Notes: generated from the letters alone by a model not told the origin. Positions 42,602 through 57,194 are shown, counted from the stretch's first letter. The stretch: 64,000 nt of DNA from Amoebidium appalachense (GCA_963693365.1 CAVNZM010000002.1:15781615-15845614), one strand, 5' to 3'. Translations and numbers: made by a program.

Positions 42602-42650
42602 ACCACCACCACCACCACACGCACACCACCACCACCACCACCACACGCAC

Positions 42651-42693
<43 letters not shown>

Positions 42694-42771
42694 CACACAC
42701 ACTACAAAGAAAGAAAGAAAGAAAGAAAAGCGCGTACAGGAAAAATGGAAAAGAAAAAAAAAGGCACGGTA

Positions 42772-42852
<81 letters not shown>

Positions 42853-43721
42853 CGTAGAAGAACACACACACCGTGGCAAGCTGTGGATTGCTCCCAGTCG
42901 ATTTTATTATGTCATGACTGGGGATTTCCAGGCTTATAAATGCCGTCCCTCTTCCTACTTCACATGTACATGTGCTCGGTCGCGATTTAATGGTCTCCTG
43001 ATACGGACATTTTGTCCTCTATCAATTAGATATTTTTCAAAACCATTGCATTATATTTGCCTTGCTGTTCGAATTCTATTCACATGAATTCCTCAATGAA
43101 CTTCCATCTGTTGTGTTTGCCCGGATCCCCTCCCTCCCTCCCCTCCCACGTACACACACACCATGGCCATATGCATCATAGTCACCACCTTTTCCAATCA
43201 CCACAAAAAGAAACGAGAACGTAAAAAAGTTGTAATCAAAGCTTTAGGAAATCAATCAAAATTTAAGGAGTCTTCGAACGAGTGTGCGCCTGCCCAGTTC
43301 ATAATTTACTTCCATATTAGGACTGCATGTGTTGCTGTTGCCAGTCTGAGACTCAGGGCCATGGACAAGATCATGGGGAGACACATACAAGAGTATGTGA
43401 CTGGCAGAATATCTTTATTATCTGGAGTATTATAACTGTGTGCACCAACCAGTGGCGACAATGTTTAAACGTACATGTGCAGCGTCATTAGTACATTACA
43501 CCTACGAAAATGGTACGTCTGCTTTATAATCTCAACAGCTTTTATCATTCATAATGGGATGTGTCACATTTGCTTTTCACACTACTCTCTTGGCAATCCT
43601 TCGATACTCGGACTACGCGCATTCGAAACTGCATTTTCAATAGCAAAACAACACGAGCAAATTTATAGCCTCTATCATTCTACGTTATTCCATACCTATG
43701 GTCAAGAGTCCTAAAAAGAAA

Positions 43722-44874
43722 TTAATCTCCCGTAGTTTTACTCTTTTTGCCCTTCTTTTTCGACTTTTTTTCCTCCGCCGGTCCGTCCACCTCTTCACTC
43801 TTCCTCTTTGACTTCTTTTCCTTCTTAGTTTCTGAAGAACTTTTATCCTCCTCCTCTTTCACAGCCATTTTTGATTCTTGCTTCTTTTTCTTGTCTTCAC
43901 TGACACTTTCATGTTCCTCCTCTTCCGTTCCCTTTTTGCTCTTCTTCTTCTTTTTCTTGCCTTCTTCCTCCCCTTCACCCTCTGATTCCTTCTTTTTCTT
44001 CTTTTCCTCTTTAGTTTCCTCCTCTCCCTCACCCTTCGATTTCTTCTTCTTCTTCTTCTTTTCCTCCTTTACTTCCTCCTCGGTCGCCTCTTCACTCTTT
44101 GATTTCTTCTTCTTCTTCTTTTCCTCCTTTACTTCCTCCTCGGTCACCTCTTCACTCTTTGATTTCTTTTTCTTCTTCTTTTCCTCTTTAGTTTCCCCCT
44201 CCCCTTCACTCTTCTTAGACTTTTTCTTCTTCTTTCCCCCTTTAGTTTCCTCCTCATCCTCGCTCGCATCCTTCTTCCTCTTTTTCTTCTCCCCTCCTTG
44301 TTCCTCCGCGCTCTCCCTCTTCTTACTCTCCTCACCCGTCCCACTATCAGACGAATCCGTCTGGTTTCCATTTATGGAAGGTGCCCCCTCGACCTCCACA
44401 TCACTATCCGAATCGGCACTATGCTTTATCAGTCCGTGGTCTCCGGCACGTTTTAGCTTGGCCACCTGCTTAATACCGTGGCGTGCCCCCTTGTGGCCTG
44501 TCCTCCCCCCACACCTCTTTAGCAGTTCGTCCGCCGTCAATTTCGTCGACATGTCTTCCTCTGGCTTGTGATCGTCCCTGAAAGATGAACCAGAGGTTAG
44601 GAAGTTAGGCAACACACACTTATTATTGGGAGAATACCGCGAAATAGAGCAGCTCCCGGAAAGGTAAACCTGGTCACAGAGAGATGAATTCAGACGATTG
44701 GGGAGAATGCAGCTGCGAAGACATGAATTTCAGAAGAATGCAGTAAGCAGAGGGGTAGATAGACGTACTGCAAATTGGAGCCTCGTGTCACAGTTAATAT
44801 GCAGCAACATAAAAATTATATCCACACATCCGACCATTTCAGAGTGCCCTTGAAATGTGCCCTCGGGGGAGCCG

Positions 44875-44910
<36 letters not shown>

Positions 44911-45355
44911 CCACGGTTCACCGTCCTTCTTCGCAGCCACAAAGAAACCATAGAGCAGCTCATTTGGCTTGTCATCAGCTTCTATTCTGGTCGACAGTTT
45001 GGTTTTCTGCGTCTTCACCTTAACCTCCCCAGACTCCTGCCATAAAGGGAAAGTGCAGATTAGAAAAAAATACGTGCATGTGCTAAAAAAGGCAATATGT
45101 GTTGGCCCAGGTCAGGTGTGCAATGTATCGGCACAACAGCACGTGAATGCTGTGTACGTTTAGCGATTCTGAATAATTGTTCATCACGTACTGGACTGTA
45201 GACATTTGCACAGACAAACGAATATATCCATGTCAGTTCCCATAGGACAATCATCACTTACAAATATAACAACCAGAACACACATACCTCCAGAGTTCTT
45301 GCTACCATAACCCGTGGGAATCGTAATTTCCGTTCATCCCCCTCCCCCCCCCCCC

Positions 45356-45386
<31 letters not shown>

Positions 45387-46669
45387 CACCTCCACCATCT
45401 TTCTCACCCCCATCGAAAACACAGAAAGTGGAATCTCCGTTCGATTTTTTAGCACAATCCACTTGCCTCAATCCCTCTTAGCATTCGCATAGACATGCAC
45501 CACAATAAGCAAGCGAGCGAATGCACACACAAACACACACACACACCTCGTCATGCACCACCTCCATCTTCTTTGCCGCCTTATTGAAGCAGTGGTCCCA
45601 CCACGCAAACCCGAAGTCTTCTGCCGCGTGCCCCACCTGACAACCCACCAACATAAATTAGCACGTAACTTGTAGCCAATAAACTTGAAAAACGATTGAT
45701 CTTGCCCCATTCCCCAAGGGTACTTCAACCTGTTACATCTTCCACTCTCTGCCCAAACAACTAATCCCCCGATTTTCAACATCAACCACATTCACAATAG
45801 GCACTACATCAGTCCATTAGAGTGTAGGCCACCTTTGTAACACTGCCGCCTCGATAGCTGCGACAGCGCTATTAGAGGGGTCTTTGCTCTGGTGGTGTCA
45901 TGTCCCGTCCCGGCCAAACGAACTGGCCAGCTGGGTGGTGACGCCACGAAAAGCATTGGTAGAACAGGGGGATACACATACAATACGTATGGGAGATTGT
46001 CAAGAATGTGTAGTGTGCCCCAGGGAAGTGAAAGAGTCAAAAACAGCAAGAGATAAAGCTCCAGAGATTCTTTAATACACTGGATAAGGCCGGAGAGAGG
46101 GGGGGAAGAGGGGGGAGGGGGGACTCACCCCCGTTGCATCTCTCTTCAGGTCGACTTTAATCGCCTCGCTCATGCCCTGCCGGTTCTTGCCGAGGCCATC
46201 ACCACTGCAAGCAGCACATTAGGTGACATACAGGAGCACAAGAACACACATACTCACACACGCCCTAGAATTACCACACACACATACACACACCCTTATA
46301 TCCACAACCACGCCCTTATGTCCACACCTACAGACAACCTTTCGGCCACACACACACACTTCACTTCCTACATAGAACAGTAAGAAAACCGCTTAGACAC
46401 AGGTCTCATTCTAACAGCCTGGTCTATGCTCTACACTGCGAACGTTGTCATGCCATCAAGCACTCCATAAGATCAAAAACACACACACAGACACACGCAC
46501 GCACACACCAGGGTACAACGCAGTGCGGTATCGATCTATCTTTTGGAAAACTCTAACCGTACAAAGCAAAAGAGAACGCGCAAAAAGCCAGCACAACAGC
46601 GTGAAAACGTAACACGTACCTCTCCCAGCCATATTTGTTGAGCTGCTTTTTTGCAAAGCTTGAGTTCAT
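43722..46669 (-). CDS. GPATCH4: G-patch domain protein 4 (GPATCH4/Tma23-like) with KKE/D tail, about 397 aa
   Basis: Exons 46620-46669, 46129-46204, 45547-45636, 44915-45036, 43722-44577. G-patch FAKKQLNKYGWESGDGLGKNRQGMSEAIKV; WWDHCFNKAA, LYGFFV, DELLKRCGGRTGHKGARHG; Lys/Glu-rich repeat tail. Confidence 0.88.
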
Positions 46670-46943
46670 GGTCGCTTCATCAGGCCATACACGGCCGCAC
46701 TTCAAAAACAGAAGCTCAAAACAGAAAACGTGAAGGCAAAACTGAATGCTTCGTGCACGTGGACAGTGGCTTTATGCCACAGTGGCGGCAAAATCCAGCT
46801 TACTAAATCAGTTTTGAAAGACAGATATCATTTGATTATTTCAAAATGTTAAGTTTTGTAAACGAATCAAAATCATAATTAAAAAGTTAAAGAATATGTG
46901 TCACGACTTTTTAGAACGGGATTGCGCAACAGGCCAACCAGGG

Positions 46944-46974
<31 letters not shown>

Positions 46975-47044
46975 AGGGGGGGGGGCGCCGGGAGGGAGGG
47001 GGCCCGGGGCAGGAGGCCCTGGGCGATGGGGGTGGGGATCCCAG

Positions 47045-47100
<56 letters not shown>

Positions 47101-47245
47101 GACAAGAGGCCTTGTAACCTACATCCGCTTTTCAATGCTATCATTCTTCAACCTGGCACCATCAACCTTTACACACAAGGTTTTCCAACGAAATGCACCT
47201 GCGCTATTAACTCCATTATGTACGTGACTCCTTAAATTGGTACCA

Positions 47246-47378
47246 GCCAGGGATGATGAGGAATCGTTCGTGAGCTTGGCGTGGTGTCAGAGAATTAGGA
47301 GGTGCACGGGAGCTGGTGCTTCCTATACACTTCTTACACTTCCTAAAACAGAGCAAAAATTCAGTGGCTGACCCTGGC
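47246..47378 (+). ncRNA. Box C/D snoRNA candidate
   Basis: Perfect 7-bp terminal stem gccaggg/ccctggc directly flanking box C ATGATGA (47253-47259) and box D CTGA (47368-47371). Confidence 0.65.
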
Positions 47379-48419
47379 ATCACGGTGTTGCTTTTCAATA
47401 TCTATTCGCTCTAAGCGCTAGCGGCTCCTTTTTCCCGGTGATCCTGGTGCTCAGGTCTTGGCACTACATAGTGCAACCATATACTTTCTCGTTAGGCTTG
47501 ATGAAAATCAAAGCCGGAATGCCCACAATTTGTTATGAACCTACAGCTTCCGGTGGTTTCAGTCATATGTTCCACCCGTGGTTCCACCCTGCCCACCCAC
47601 GTGTGTTGTGCACGCATTTGCTTGTCACCAGGCGCAGTGGCGCAGTGTTTGCTGTGGTTTGTGTGTGTGTGTGTGGGGGGGGGGGAGGACTCGAGAGCGG
47701 AGCAGGGGGAAGGCCCCGGGGGGAGGGGGGGAGGGGGGGGGGGGGGATAGCACGCGTGTGTGGCGTCTGCTTCTGGGGTACTGTCACGTGCGACGTGTCA
47801 AAATAGAGCTGTTTCTTGGTCATTCTGACCCTTTTTCGGGGTGCAGTTGTATGCTGTAAACCAGTTTCATAAGTGCAATAAGCTATGGAGTCGTCAGGTG
47901 TCGACTTGTGCACGCAGAAGTTGCTATCTCAGCACAATGTACAAGGAAGCTGCATGTCTGCGTGCCCTTGGTTTATTCCAGGTGTCGCGTCTATACTGAG
48001 CTTTCAGGCTGCTTACACTTTTGAAAGTGCATTCCGATGGTGGATCCCAGCAATCAAGGAAACAAAGTATTGCAAGTGAGTTGTGTTCGTAAACACGGGG
48101 CCTTTGGCACAGAAATGTTGCCAAGAATGTGGACGTGTTCTTGTATTTACCAGCAGTACCTTGTCGTTGCCTTTTTTTTTGTTTCTAGCTCACACTCGGC
48201 TGACAACTCAAACTCTATAATACATGGCTTATTCTGCCAACTAAGTGGTATACTATTGTTCTTCAGCGTTCCTTCATATATGATGCCAACACCAGGTGTT
48301 CAAGTTTATCCACACCTACCAGAGGGGGTTTTGTACTGTCACAACCCCGGAGTGGGCCTTTCTTGCATGCTATTTCTAGGAAAGAATAAGTCAACATTTA
48401 CGTGTATGCTCGTGTTTTC

Positions 48420-48833
48420 TTACTGCACCTTCTTCTTGCTTGCTGTGGCAGCAATCACCAGCTTGGCAATTGGCAGTGTTCCTTCCAACGACAGATTCTT
48501 GAGGTTAGCCATGTCTTCGAGCTGCTGCAGGAGGGGCTTGGCTAAGTTTGCACCAACACTCCAGGCCTTCACAACACAGTTTTTCGCAACAAATACTCCA
48601 AAGGCCGCACTGAGAAACGCAAAGAGGAGGAGAACAATGGTTGCTACAACCACGACTGTTACACAGGCCGTGCCACAAGCCACACCGGCCAGCGCAGTGT
48701 ATTTCAGTGCTCGGAGGGGACCCGACATCTGTTTCTCTTTTCTTGAACGGGTGCGACGGGATGTGGGTGATGAAGGTGGGCTGTTGGAAGGGATGGACGC
48801 GGACTCCTGGCTTATTGTGCGTGTGGCGTCCAT
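48420..48833 (-). CDS. Small hypothetical membrane protein, 137 aa, one long hydrophobic stretch
   Basis: ATG-to-TAA ORF in non-repetitive DNA: Ser/Pro-rich N-terminus, about 38 uncharged residues, basic C-terminus. CCAAT and CACGTG motifs lie upstream at about 49310-49396. Confidence 0.55.
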   Translation of the reverse strand: MDATRTISQESASIPSNSPPSSPTSRRTRSRKEKQMSGPLRALKYTALAGVACGTACVTVVVVATIVLLLFAFLSAAFGVFVAKNCVVKAWSVGANLAKPLLQQLEDMANLKNLSLEGTLPIAKLVIAATASKKKVQ

Positions 48834-50692
48834 TGTGATCTTTTGAGATGAGGGCGGGAGTATGGGTTCACGTTGCCAAGAAACTCTTTAGTGTTTTGAA
48901 AGCTGTGGTTACTCTACACGAAAGGACAAAAAGTAACTCTGTTGTTCGGCGATCCCCAGTCAACCAGATTTTGTTTGGAATAGGGCTCTAATAAAAGGAC
49001 AAGAAATAGGGCTGTGTGTTTCCTGTGTTTCCTGTTTCCTTTTTCTCTCTTTTTTCTTCTCCTCTTTTTAAGGTGACACCCAAGACGACGGTTGTCCGTT
49101 TCGTTTTTCGTTATGTCTGTCAGAGTCACGGTGTTGTCTGCTTTTTTCAAATGACTGCGACCAGGGCGTACAATTTTGAGGCTATTTTACACCAAAATAC
49201 AAATTTTATGCGGGGCACAGACACGGCTTCGGGAACCTTGGGGTCAGCTCTAAAAAGGAAAACGGGCTCAAAAATCTTGTTTTTCAGCCCTACCGGAGCC
49301 CCGGCGTGAACCAATCAAAACGAGCTAAGCGTCGAAGTGAAAGAAATTGTTTGCACTGCCTCTGTAGCAAATCACGTGGGAGGCATCGCGATTGGCTTAT
49401 AAGAGGTTGTGGAATTTCCCGTAGCCCGCTGTCGACACTCGACTGATCCTTGTGAGCCCATTAATCCCAAAAGACATATGAGAGTAGGACAATTGAGTAC
49501 TATATATGAAAACAGTTATTCTATATAAATAACCAAAACCGTCTTAAAGCAAATAAGGATGTTGTTTTCTTGTTTTTGCACATGACGAATGCAATGGCAG
49601 TGACAATGCATGCAGTGTTGCGCCAATCACAGCAGACCATGCAGAGGAGGGCAAGAGCCGCTGTGTAGCTTGCAGTGTACGAATTGCAACCCATCATCCA
49701 AGCAGCAGGCCTGCCGGCTCCGGGCACGGTACAGTACGTTCAAGAGTCTATGGCAGCAGTTCAATGTTCACTCCGAAACTCCGCCCTTTAGAATACAGCC
49801 ATATCACCATGTTTATTGGCTGGGTCCTTAAGAACGCTGTTTTTTTTATAGCATAGCCTGGCGAGTATATAGCCGTTGCTGCAGGCACATCTGGCCACCT
49901 ATCCATGTGGACCCGGCAATCGCGATGTTGTCATACCATGTACAGGGCCGTGTAGAAAGATTCGGTTCCAAATGCATTTGACATATCAAACACACCGATT
50001 AGCGAAAAAAGTTATATTGCAAGCACCTGTTATGTCCAAAGTTTTAACCTCCCTCTTTTTCTCCTTGGTTTACGTAGATTCCGGATGAGGTGTTTGCCAC
50101 TCGGGCTGAAGTCATGCCTCAGACGACGGCCAGATCTAGACAGGTGTCCATTAGAAGCTAAGTCCAAGACTGTGCCATTTATTTTTATTTGTGTTTTATT
50201 ATATTGCCATTTTTATTATTATTATCTATTCGATGCACCCGGGGACCTATGTCTCTGCGACTTCAAACATGTCCTGCGCATGTACGGTTCGATGCGTTGC
50301 ATCTGGGATCCTATGCATTGCATGATCCAGCAGACAAGGACTCAACTCCGCGGTTTGATGAATCATCGGGAAATAAAGTTGCAGGTCACCTAAAATTTGG
50401 GAGTGTGGCATAACTAGTTATAGTGGAGCCAATTGCAAGCATCGCCTCCCTCCCCGCCCCCCCCTCCCCCAACCACCACCACCACCACCCCCCGCGGTGG
50501 AGGCACCGTCATTCTCTTCCTCCAACCTTTTGTATTTGAAGCCTCCGGATTCCCAACACACTTCTCACAGTGACTCCGTGAGACAGATGTAGGAGCCCCC
50601 CCCCCCCCCACACACACACACACACCACCACCACCTCGCCCCTCCTCTTTCCCCTCCGTCCCTGAATAATCCCCCGGGGCCCCTCCCCCCCC

Positions 50693-50741
<49 letters not shown>

Positions 50742-50924
50742 AGAGACACACACAAAATTTCATACGTGCCACCAGGTGGTCCGACTCCGAAGGAATTATC
50801 CAAGCGGGAATAAGAGCAGACCTCTCGCTAAAGAAAAATCCAAAAAAGACCCCAATAATCACATAACCGTGAGCTGACACAACACTGCCTGGAAATATGG
50901 GCTGGAAAGCTGGCCGATCTATTC

Positions 50925-50965
<41 letters not shown>

Positions 50966-51044
50966 AAAAAAAAAAAGAAAAAAAAGAAAAAGAAGGGGAA
51001 AAAAAAAAACATGCACGCGGGCGCACACACTCACGCACGCACGC

Positions 51045-51304
<260 letters not shown>

Positions 51305-52008
51305 ACGTACACAGGTACACATGCACGCTTGTGCACATCAAATGCATCTCCGTGCACACGCACGTACACACACACCACAGATGTACACACACCGTGACCC
51401 CGGCACACACGCACATACAACGCTAGACACCGTGGCCATGGCTTCTAATGCAATTACCACCAATCATAGATTGACTTGGCAACTATTGTTCCTTGATCTG
51501 GGATGACATTCTCATTCAAACTTTATGGAAACCGGTTTCTCGTTTGTTTGGTTGCTATTCACTACACTGATGACGGGCAAATGCATATTTGTCTATCACA
51601 GCATCGTGTGTGTGTGTGTTTTGAGGGGGGTTGGGGGGGGGGGGGGGGGGGGGGGGGGGGTACGTTTTTTTTTTTTTTTTTTTTTTTTTTTTGGGGGGGG
51701 GGGGGGGGTGGGGGGATAGCCAGGGGACGAGGTTGAGAGGGGAAGAAAGGATCAAGGAGGACAGCTACCGGGACGAAGTTGGGTGGGTTGGTTGTGTGTG
51801 TGTGTGTGTGTGTGTGTGAGGGGGGGGGGGGGGGGGGGGGGGGGGGTAGAAATTGAAGAGCAAGGTTGAGATTTGAGCAAGGGAGTGTCACGGGGTTAAA
51901 AAAAGGAAGGGTGCTTTTGGCAAATTAGGGGGGGAAAGGTGGGTGGCGTGGGGGGAGGGGGGGGGGGGGAAGGGGGGGGGATAAAAGTAGTTCGGGGTGG
52001 GTTTAGCA

Positions 52009-52039
<31 letters not shown>

Positions 52040-52713
52040 GCCAAATCGAATGTGACACCCGTGTAGCCACAAACGGAACTGACTGTGTTGTGCACGACGT
52101 GTAGAAAGCTGAAGTGTGTGTGAGTGCACACATCCACGGTGTATGTCAATGTGCTCGCACGCGCTCTTTAGACCTTATACTTATTGGAGTCTTGGTATTG
52201 ATTGGTTGGAAACAGCCTGGTAAAGTCCAGCCATAAGTTGGCCGGGAAGGGAGAAGGGGAAGGAGGGAAGGGCGGGGGGTGAGGGGGGGTTGAGCTCCCC
52301 CCCCCCCCCCCCCCCTCTTTTTTTTTTTTTTTTTTTTTTGGGGGGGGGGGGGGGGGTGGGGGGGGGGTAGATTCTTCTCTTTCCCTTTTCTTCTTTAATA
52401 AAATGGAAAAGAAGTTGAACAGTGCCCTACACAGGAGTTCGCCATGGGCTGTCGATATAAAAACGGGTGGGGGAAGGGGGGGGGGGGAGGTGGAGGGGGA
52501 GGATGGGAGGGAAAGAGGCCTGGAGGTGATCAGGAGGAGAGGGAGGGGTAGGTACTACGAGAGGCTCCTTGGAAAGGGCCCAGGGAAGAGTGGGTGATCG
52601 GGGTTGGAGGAGGCTTGAGGGGGCGGGGGGGGGGGGGGGGGGGGGGGGGGAGGGAGAGCCTGGAGAGAGAGAGAGAGAGAAAGAGGGATAATGTTGAGTC
52701 GGACCTGAATGAC

Positions 52714-52774
<61 letters not shown>

Positions 52775-54349
52775 ATGTGTGTGTGCACGCGCGTGTGTGT
52801 GTGTGTGTGTGTGTTTGTGTTTGTGTGTGTGTGTGTGTGTGCTGTGGGCGGTTAGCTCGTCGGTATGTGTATGTTTGGGGGTGGTGGTAGTGGGGAGGGG
52901 TGGGTGGTTGGGTGGGTGGGGGCTCCATATGAAAGGAGGGACTGAAACTTTGCAATAACGGTGGGGGTATTGTGGAAGGGGGGTCTGAAGGGAGGCCGGG
53001 GGGGGGGGGGGGGGGGGGGGGGAGGAGAGGAGGGCAGTTGAGGAAGCGGGGCCCGGGATGGAAATTGAAGGATCGGTTGGGTCTAGTGGGACAAAATGAT
53101 GGACCTGGGTGAGAGGTAGGGGGGGGGGGGGGGGGAGGCCGGGGGGAGGGGCGGAGGGAAGGGGGGAAGAGGAGGACACAAGGTGCAGGGAAGATTGGAG
53201 GGGAGGGGGGAGGAAAGGGGGGAAAAGACCAAAACGAGAATAATTTCAAGAATCATCAACCCCCATAATGCACGGATGTATCATGCATAATAGGTTGCCA
53301 TATTAGTTTTACTCATAAGTCAATCCCGATAGACAAAGTCCCCCCTCCCCTTCCACCATGCTCCCTCCCCCTTTGCCCGATTTTTCGTCTATCCTTTCAT
53401 ATGTTTCCCAGACCCTCTTACCCCCCCCCCCCCTCCCCCCCCCCCCCTCCCCCCCCCCCCTCCCTTCCCCCCCTCCCCCCGTCCCCAGGGGGGTCAAATA
53501 GAAAACCACCGTGAGCATACTTCCAGTCTGTCTCGCCCCTTTCCGTCTTCCTTATTAAAAAATGGGAGGGCTGGGATGAGTTGTCATGAGTGACTGGGCG
53601 GAGGTGGGGGGGATAAGCCGAGGAAAGGAAGGCGCCTGGGTGGTGGGGGGTGGGTGTTGGGGCCGAGGGGGGGGGGGGGGGGGGGGAGAAGGGGGAGGGG
53701 GGACTTGTTTTCTGGCCTATCACGGACACGGGTTCATACAATTGGCCACGAATGGGATATATGCCCCATAGATCCGCAAATTGAACAGCTCTTGGGGATT
53801 CTTGATTTGGAAATGGGGAGTGGGGTAGTAATAACTTTGGGGGTGGTGGAAGCCACATTCCCATTCGGACAGGTGCCCCCCCTCTCCCCTCCCCTCCGGG
53901 AAGGGGGCGGGGGAACCACCCACCCCGCCGGCTAGCAGGGGGAGGGGGGGGGGAACCACCACCCACGTTATTAGTTGCCCCCCCCCCCCTCTCTGGGGGG
54001 GAAAGGGGGGAGGGGGGGAGGGGGGAGGGGGGAGGGGGAGACCCACCCACCCCACAGGCTGCTATGGCTATAGTGAAATTAAATTTGACAGCCTAGTTAT
54101 ATAATAATACCATGATTTTAAAGCGGTTTACATACAAGTTCCTAAAACGTTAACAATGGGGGTTACCACTAAGACTCCTTGATCACCAGTAAAACTCAGG
54201 CCACACCCTCCGGTCATATGCCCCCCTTCCCCCTCCCCCCCCCCCCCCCTCCCCCCCCCCCCCCCCTCCCCCCCGGGCCCTTCCTCCCTTCGCGGGCTTG
54301 GGCGGGACTCGTCTCCAAATCTAGTCTCTCCACAGCATGCACACACACA

Positions 54350-55192
54350 CACACACACACACACTTTCACACGTACATAATTTACACGTATTTGCACACA
54401 CACACTTTCACACGTGCATAATTTACACGTATTTGCACACACACACTTTCACACGTGCATAATTTACACGTATTTGCACACACACACTTTCACACGTGCA
54501 TAATTTACACGTATTTGCACACACAAAGTTTCACACGTGCATAATTTACACGTATTTGCACACACACACTTTCACACGTGTATAATTTACACGTATTTTC
54601 ACACACACACTTTCACACGTGCATAATTTACACGTATTTGCAATTGCACACACACACTTTCACACGTGCATAATTTACACGTATTTGCACACACACACTT
54701 TCACACGTGCATAATTTACACGTATTAGCACACACACACTTTCACACGTGCATAATTTACACGTATTTGCAATTGCACACACACACTTTCACACGTGCAT
54801 AATTTACACGTATTTGCACACACACACTTTCACACGTGCATAATTTACACGTATTAGCACACACACACTTTCACACGTGCATAGTTTACACGTATTTGCA
54901 CACACACACTTTCACACGTGCATAGTTTACACGTATTTGCACACACACACTTTCACACGTGCATAGTTTACACGTATTTTCACACACACACTTTCACACG
55001 TGCATAATTTACACGTATTTGCACACACACACTTTCGCACGCGCATAATTTACACGTATTTGCACACACACACTTTCGCACGTGCATAATTTACACGTAT
55101 TTGCACACACACACTTTCGCACGTGCATAATTTACACGTATTTGCACACACACACTTTCGCACGTGCATAATTTACACGTATTTACACACAC
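54350..55192. repeat. 41-bp tandem minisatellite, about 20 copies
   Basis: Unit cacacacacactttcacacgtgcataatttacacgtatttg; ttt at 54365, 54406 and 54447 gives a 41-bp period. Confidence 0.95.
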
Positions 55193-55712
55193 ATGTACCC
55201 CGCACACACACGAGGTGCACCAAGCAGCGATGCGCACATTGACAGGAACATGCACTGCAAGGTGAGCACGGGCAATGATTCGTAGCTCAGTAATAGTTAT
55301 TTGAAACGAATACAGCCTTGTATTGGTGGAGGGAAAAGAGATGTTTACGCACACCCAGGGGGGGAAGGGGGGGAGGGGGAAGGGGGGGGAGGGGGGAGCA
55401 CCACCCCACCGGCCCGAGTGAGTCCCTCCAAAGCGGGGACCCACCCACCCCCTGCGGCTACTTTGGGGAGGGGGGACCGGGGGGGGGGGGGGGGGGGGGG
55501 GGGACCGGGGAGGTGGGTCTCCTCACCTCTTTCCCCCCCATCCCTTCCCCCACGGAGGGGGGAGGGAAGGGGGTGCCATCTCCTGGGACGTCGATATTTA
55601 CCGTCTCCCCCCCCCCCCCCCCTCCCCTCCCCCTACGCAAAAGGGGATTTTGAAACGGGGAATTCGAAATGGGGCCCCCGCGGGGAGGGGGAATCATCCC
55701 CCCCCCTCCACC

Positions 55713-55750
<38 letters not shown>

Positions 55751-57158
55751 CCCCAGGGCTGGAGGCTCCCTCTTCTTCCCCGCCACCACCATCCTGTGAT
55801 GGGTATGGCGGGGCTGAGTATGAAAAAGAATGGGCGGGGAGGGGGTTGAAATGATCAGGACCAAATACCCCCTCCCAACTCCCCCTCCTCCCCCCCTCTT
55901 TCACCCAATTCTCCCTTACCATCTTTCAGGATGTATAGTTGCAATTGATTGGGGTGAATTTGATTTAAAAAGAGACAATTCCTAAGTAAACCCGTGCATT
56001 TACTCTGTTCGATTGAAAAAGAGAGACGTCTTCAGCCTTGATTTAGAGTTGCTATACTGTCGGGTGTGGATGTGTTGTGCATACGGCAATCTTAATAATT
56101 ATCTGCAAGTGTGTGACTGAGGGTGGGTATGCATGTGCGTGTACTGTGTTCGTGTGAACATAAGTGTTTGTACGTGTGTCCAAAAGCTGCCGGTGTGTGG
56201 GGGGCAGGGGCGAGGGGGTGGGGGGGGGGGGGGGGAGGGGGGGGGAGAGGGAAGGTGGATAGGAGGCAAGCGGAGTTCGTGTAGGGGTAAAATCGACACC
56301 GTCTGTGTGTGTGTGTCAGGCCAATTTGTGTGTGTGGGCAAATGTGTGCATGTGTGGGTGTGGGTGTGTGGGTGTGTGTGTATGTGTGTCTGTGTGTGTG
56401 TGTGTGTGAGTGGGTGTGAGTGGGCGTATGTGTGTTTGTGTGTGAGTGGGTGTGTGTGTGAGTGGGTGTGAGTGGGTGTATGTGTGTTTGTGTGTGAGTG
56501 TGTGTACGTGTCTATGTGTGGGTGCATGTGTGTGTGTGTGGGGGGGGGGGGGGGGGGGGGGGGGGGGAAGGGGGGGGGGGGGGTTTGTGTGAATGTTGTG
56601 TGTTGTGTGTGTGGAGGGGGAGGAGGGGGGTTGCTTGTGTGTGTGTGAGTGCGTGGGGGGGGGGGGGAGGAGGGGGGGGGGGAGGGGGGGGGGGGGGGGG
56701 GGGAGGGGAGGGGGTGGGGGGGTGGGGAGGGAGGGAGTGATCGGCGGAAAGAGTTTGCAACATGATGTTGTTAATGGTAGTGGTATTGGTGGCGGGGGGG
56801 GGGGGGGGGGGGGGGGGAAGGTGTGCATACATGAAAGGCCCGGAGAAAGCATATGTGCACGTGTGGGTCGAATAGGGATGCTGGCCGATGGTGTTTGCTT
56901 TACAAGTGTTGATGTTGCAGAAAGGGATGCATAAGGCAATCACTCAAGATAGCGGTTTTGCCTAGAGGACTGGTAGGTTGCACACAAGAGGCTTGATGAG
57001 CACTGTGTCGGGTGAGGACTGGTATGGGAGGGGGTTATAATATGTGCTGGAACTTCAGACAAATGCATGCATGCATAATCAATGGTATTGTCACTTTTGA
57101 TTTCCTTTTTTTGGGCAAGTGGCTGTGTGGGCAGGGGAGAGGGGGGTGCGGATGGGGG

Positions 57159-57194
<36 letters not shown>

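Noticed and set aside
43747-44571. 274-aa Phe/Ser-rich + strand ORF
   Set aside because: Antisense shadow of the GPATCH4 Lys/Glu tail.
48037-48846. 269-aa + strand ORF
   Set aside because: Non-ATG start, no motif, antisense to the more protein-like 137-aa ORF.
52400-54060. Coding-looking fragments between G/C tracts
   Set aside because: No recognisable domain or consistent splice model.
54350-55192. CRISPR-like array
   Set aside because: Contiguous units without unique spacers; eukaryotic context.
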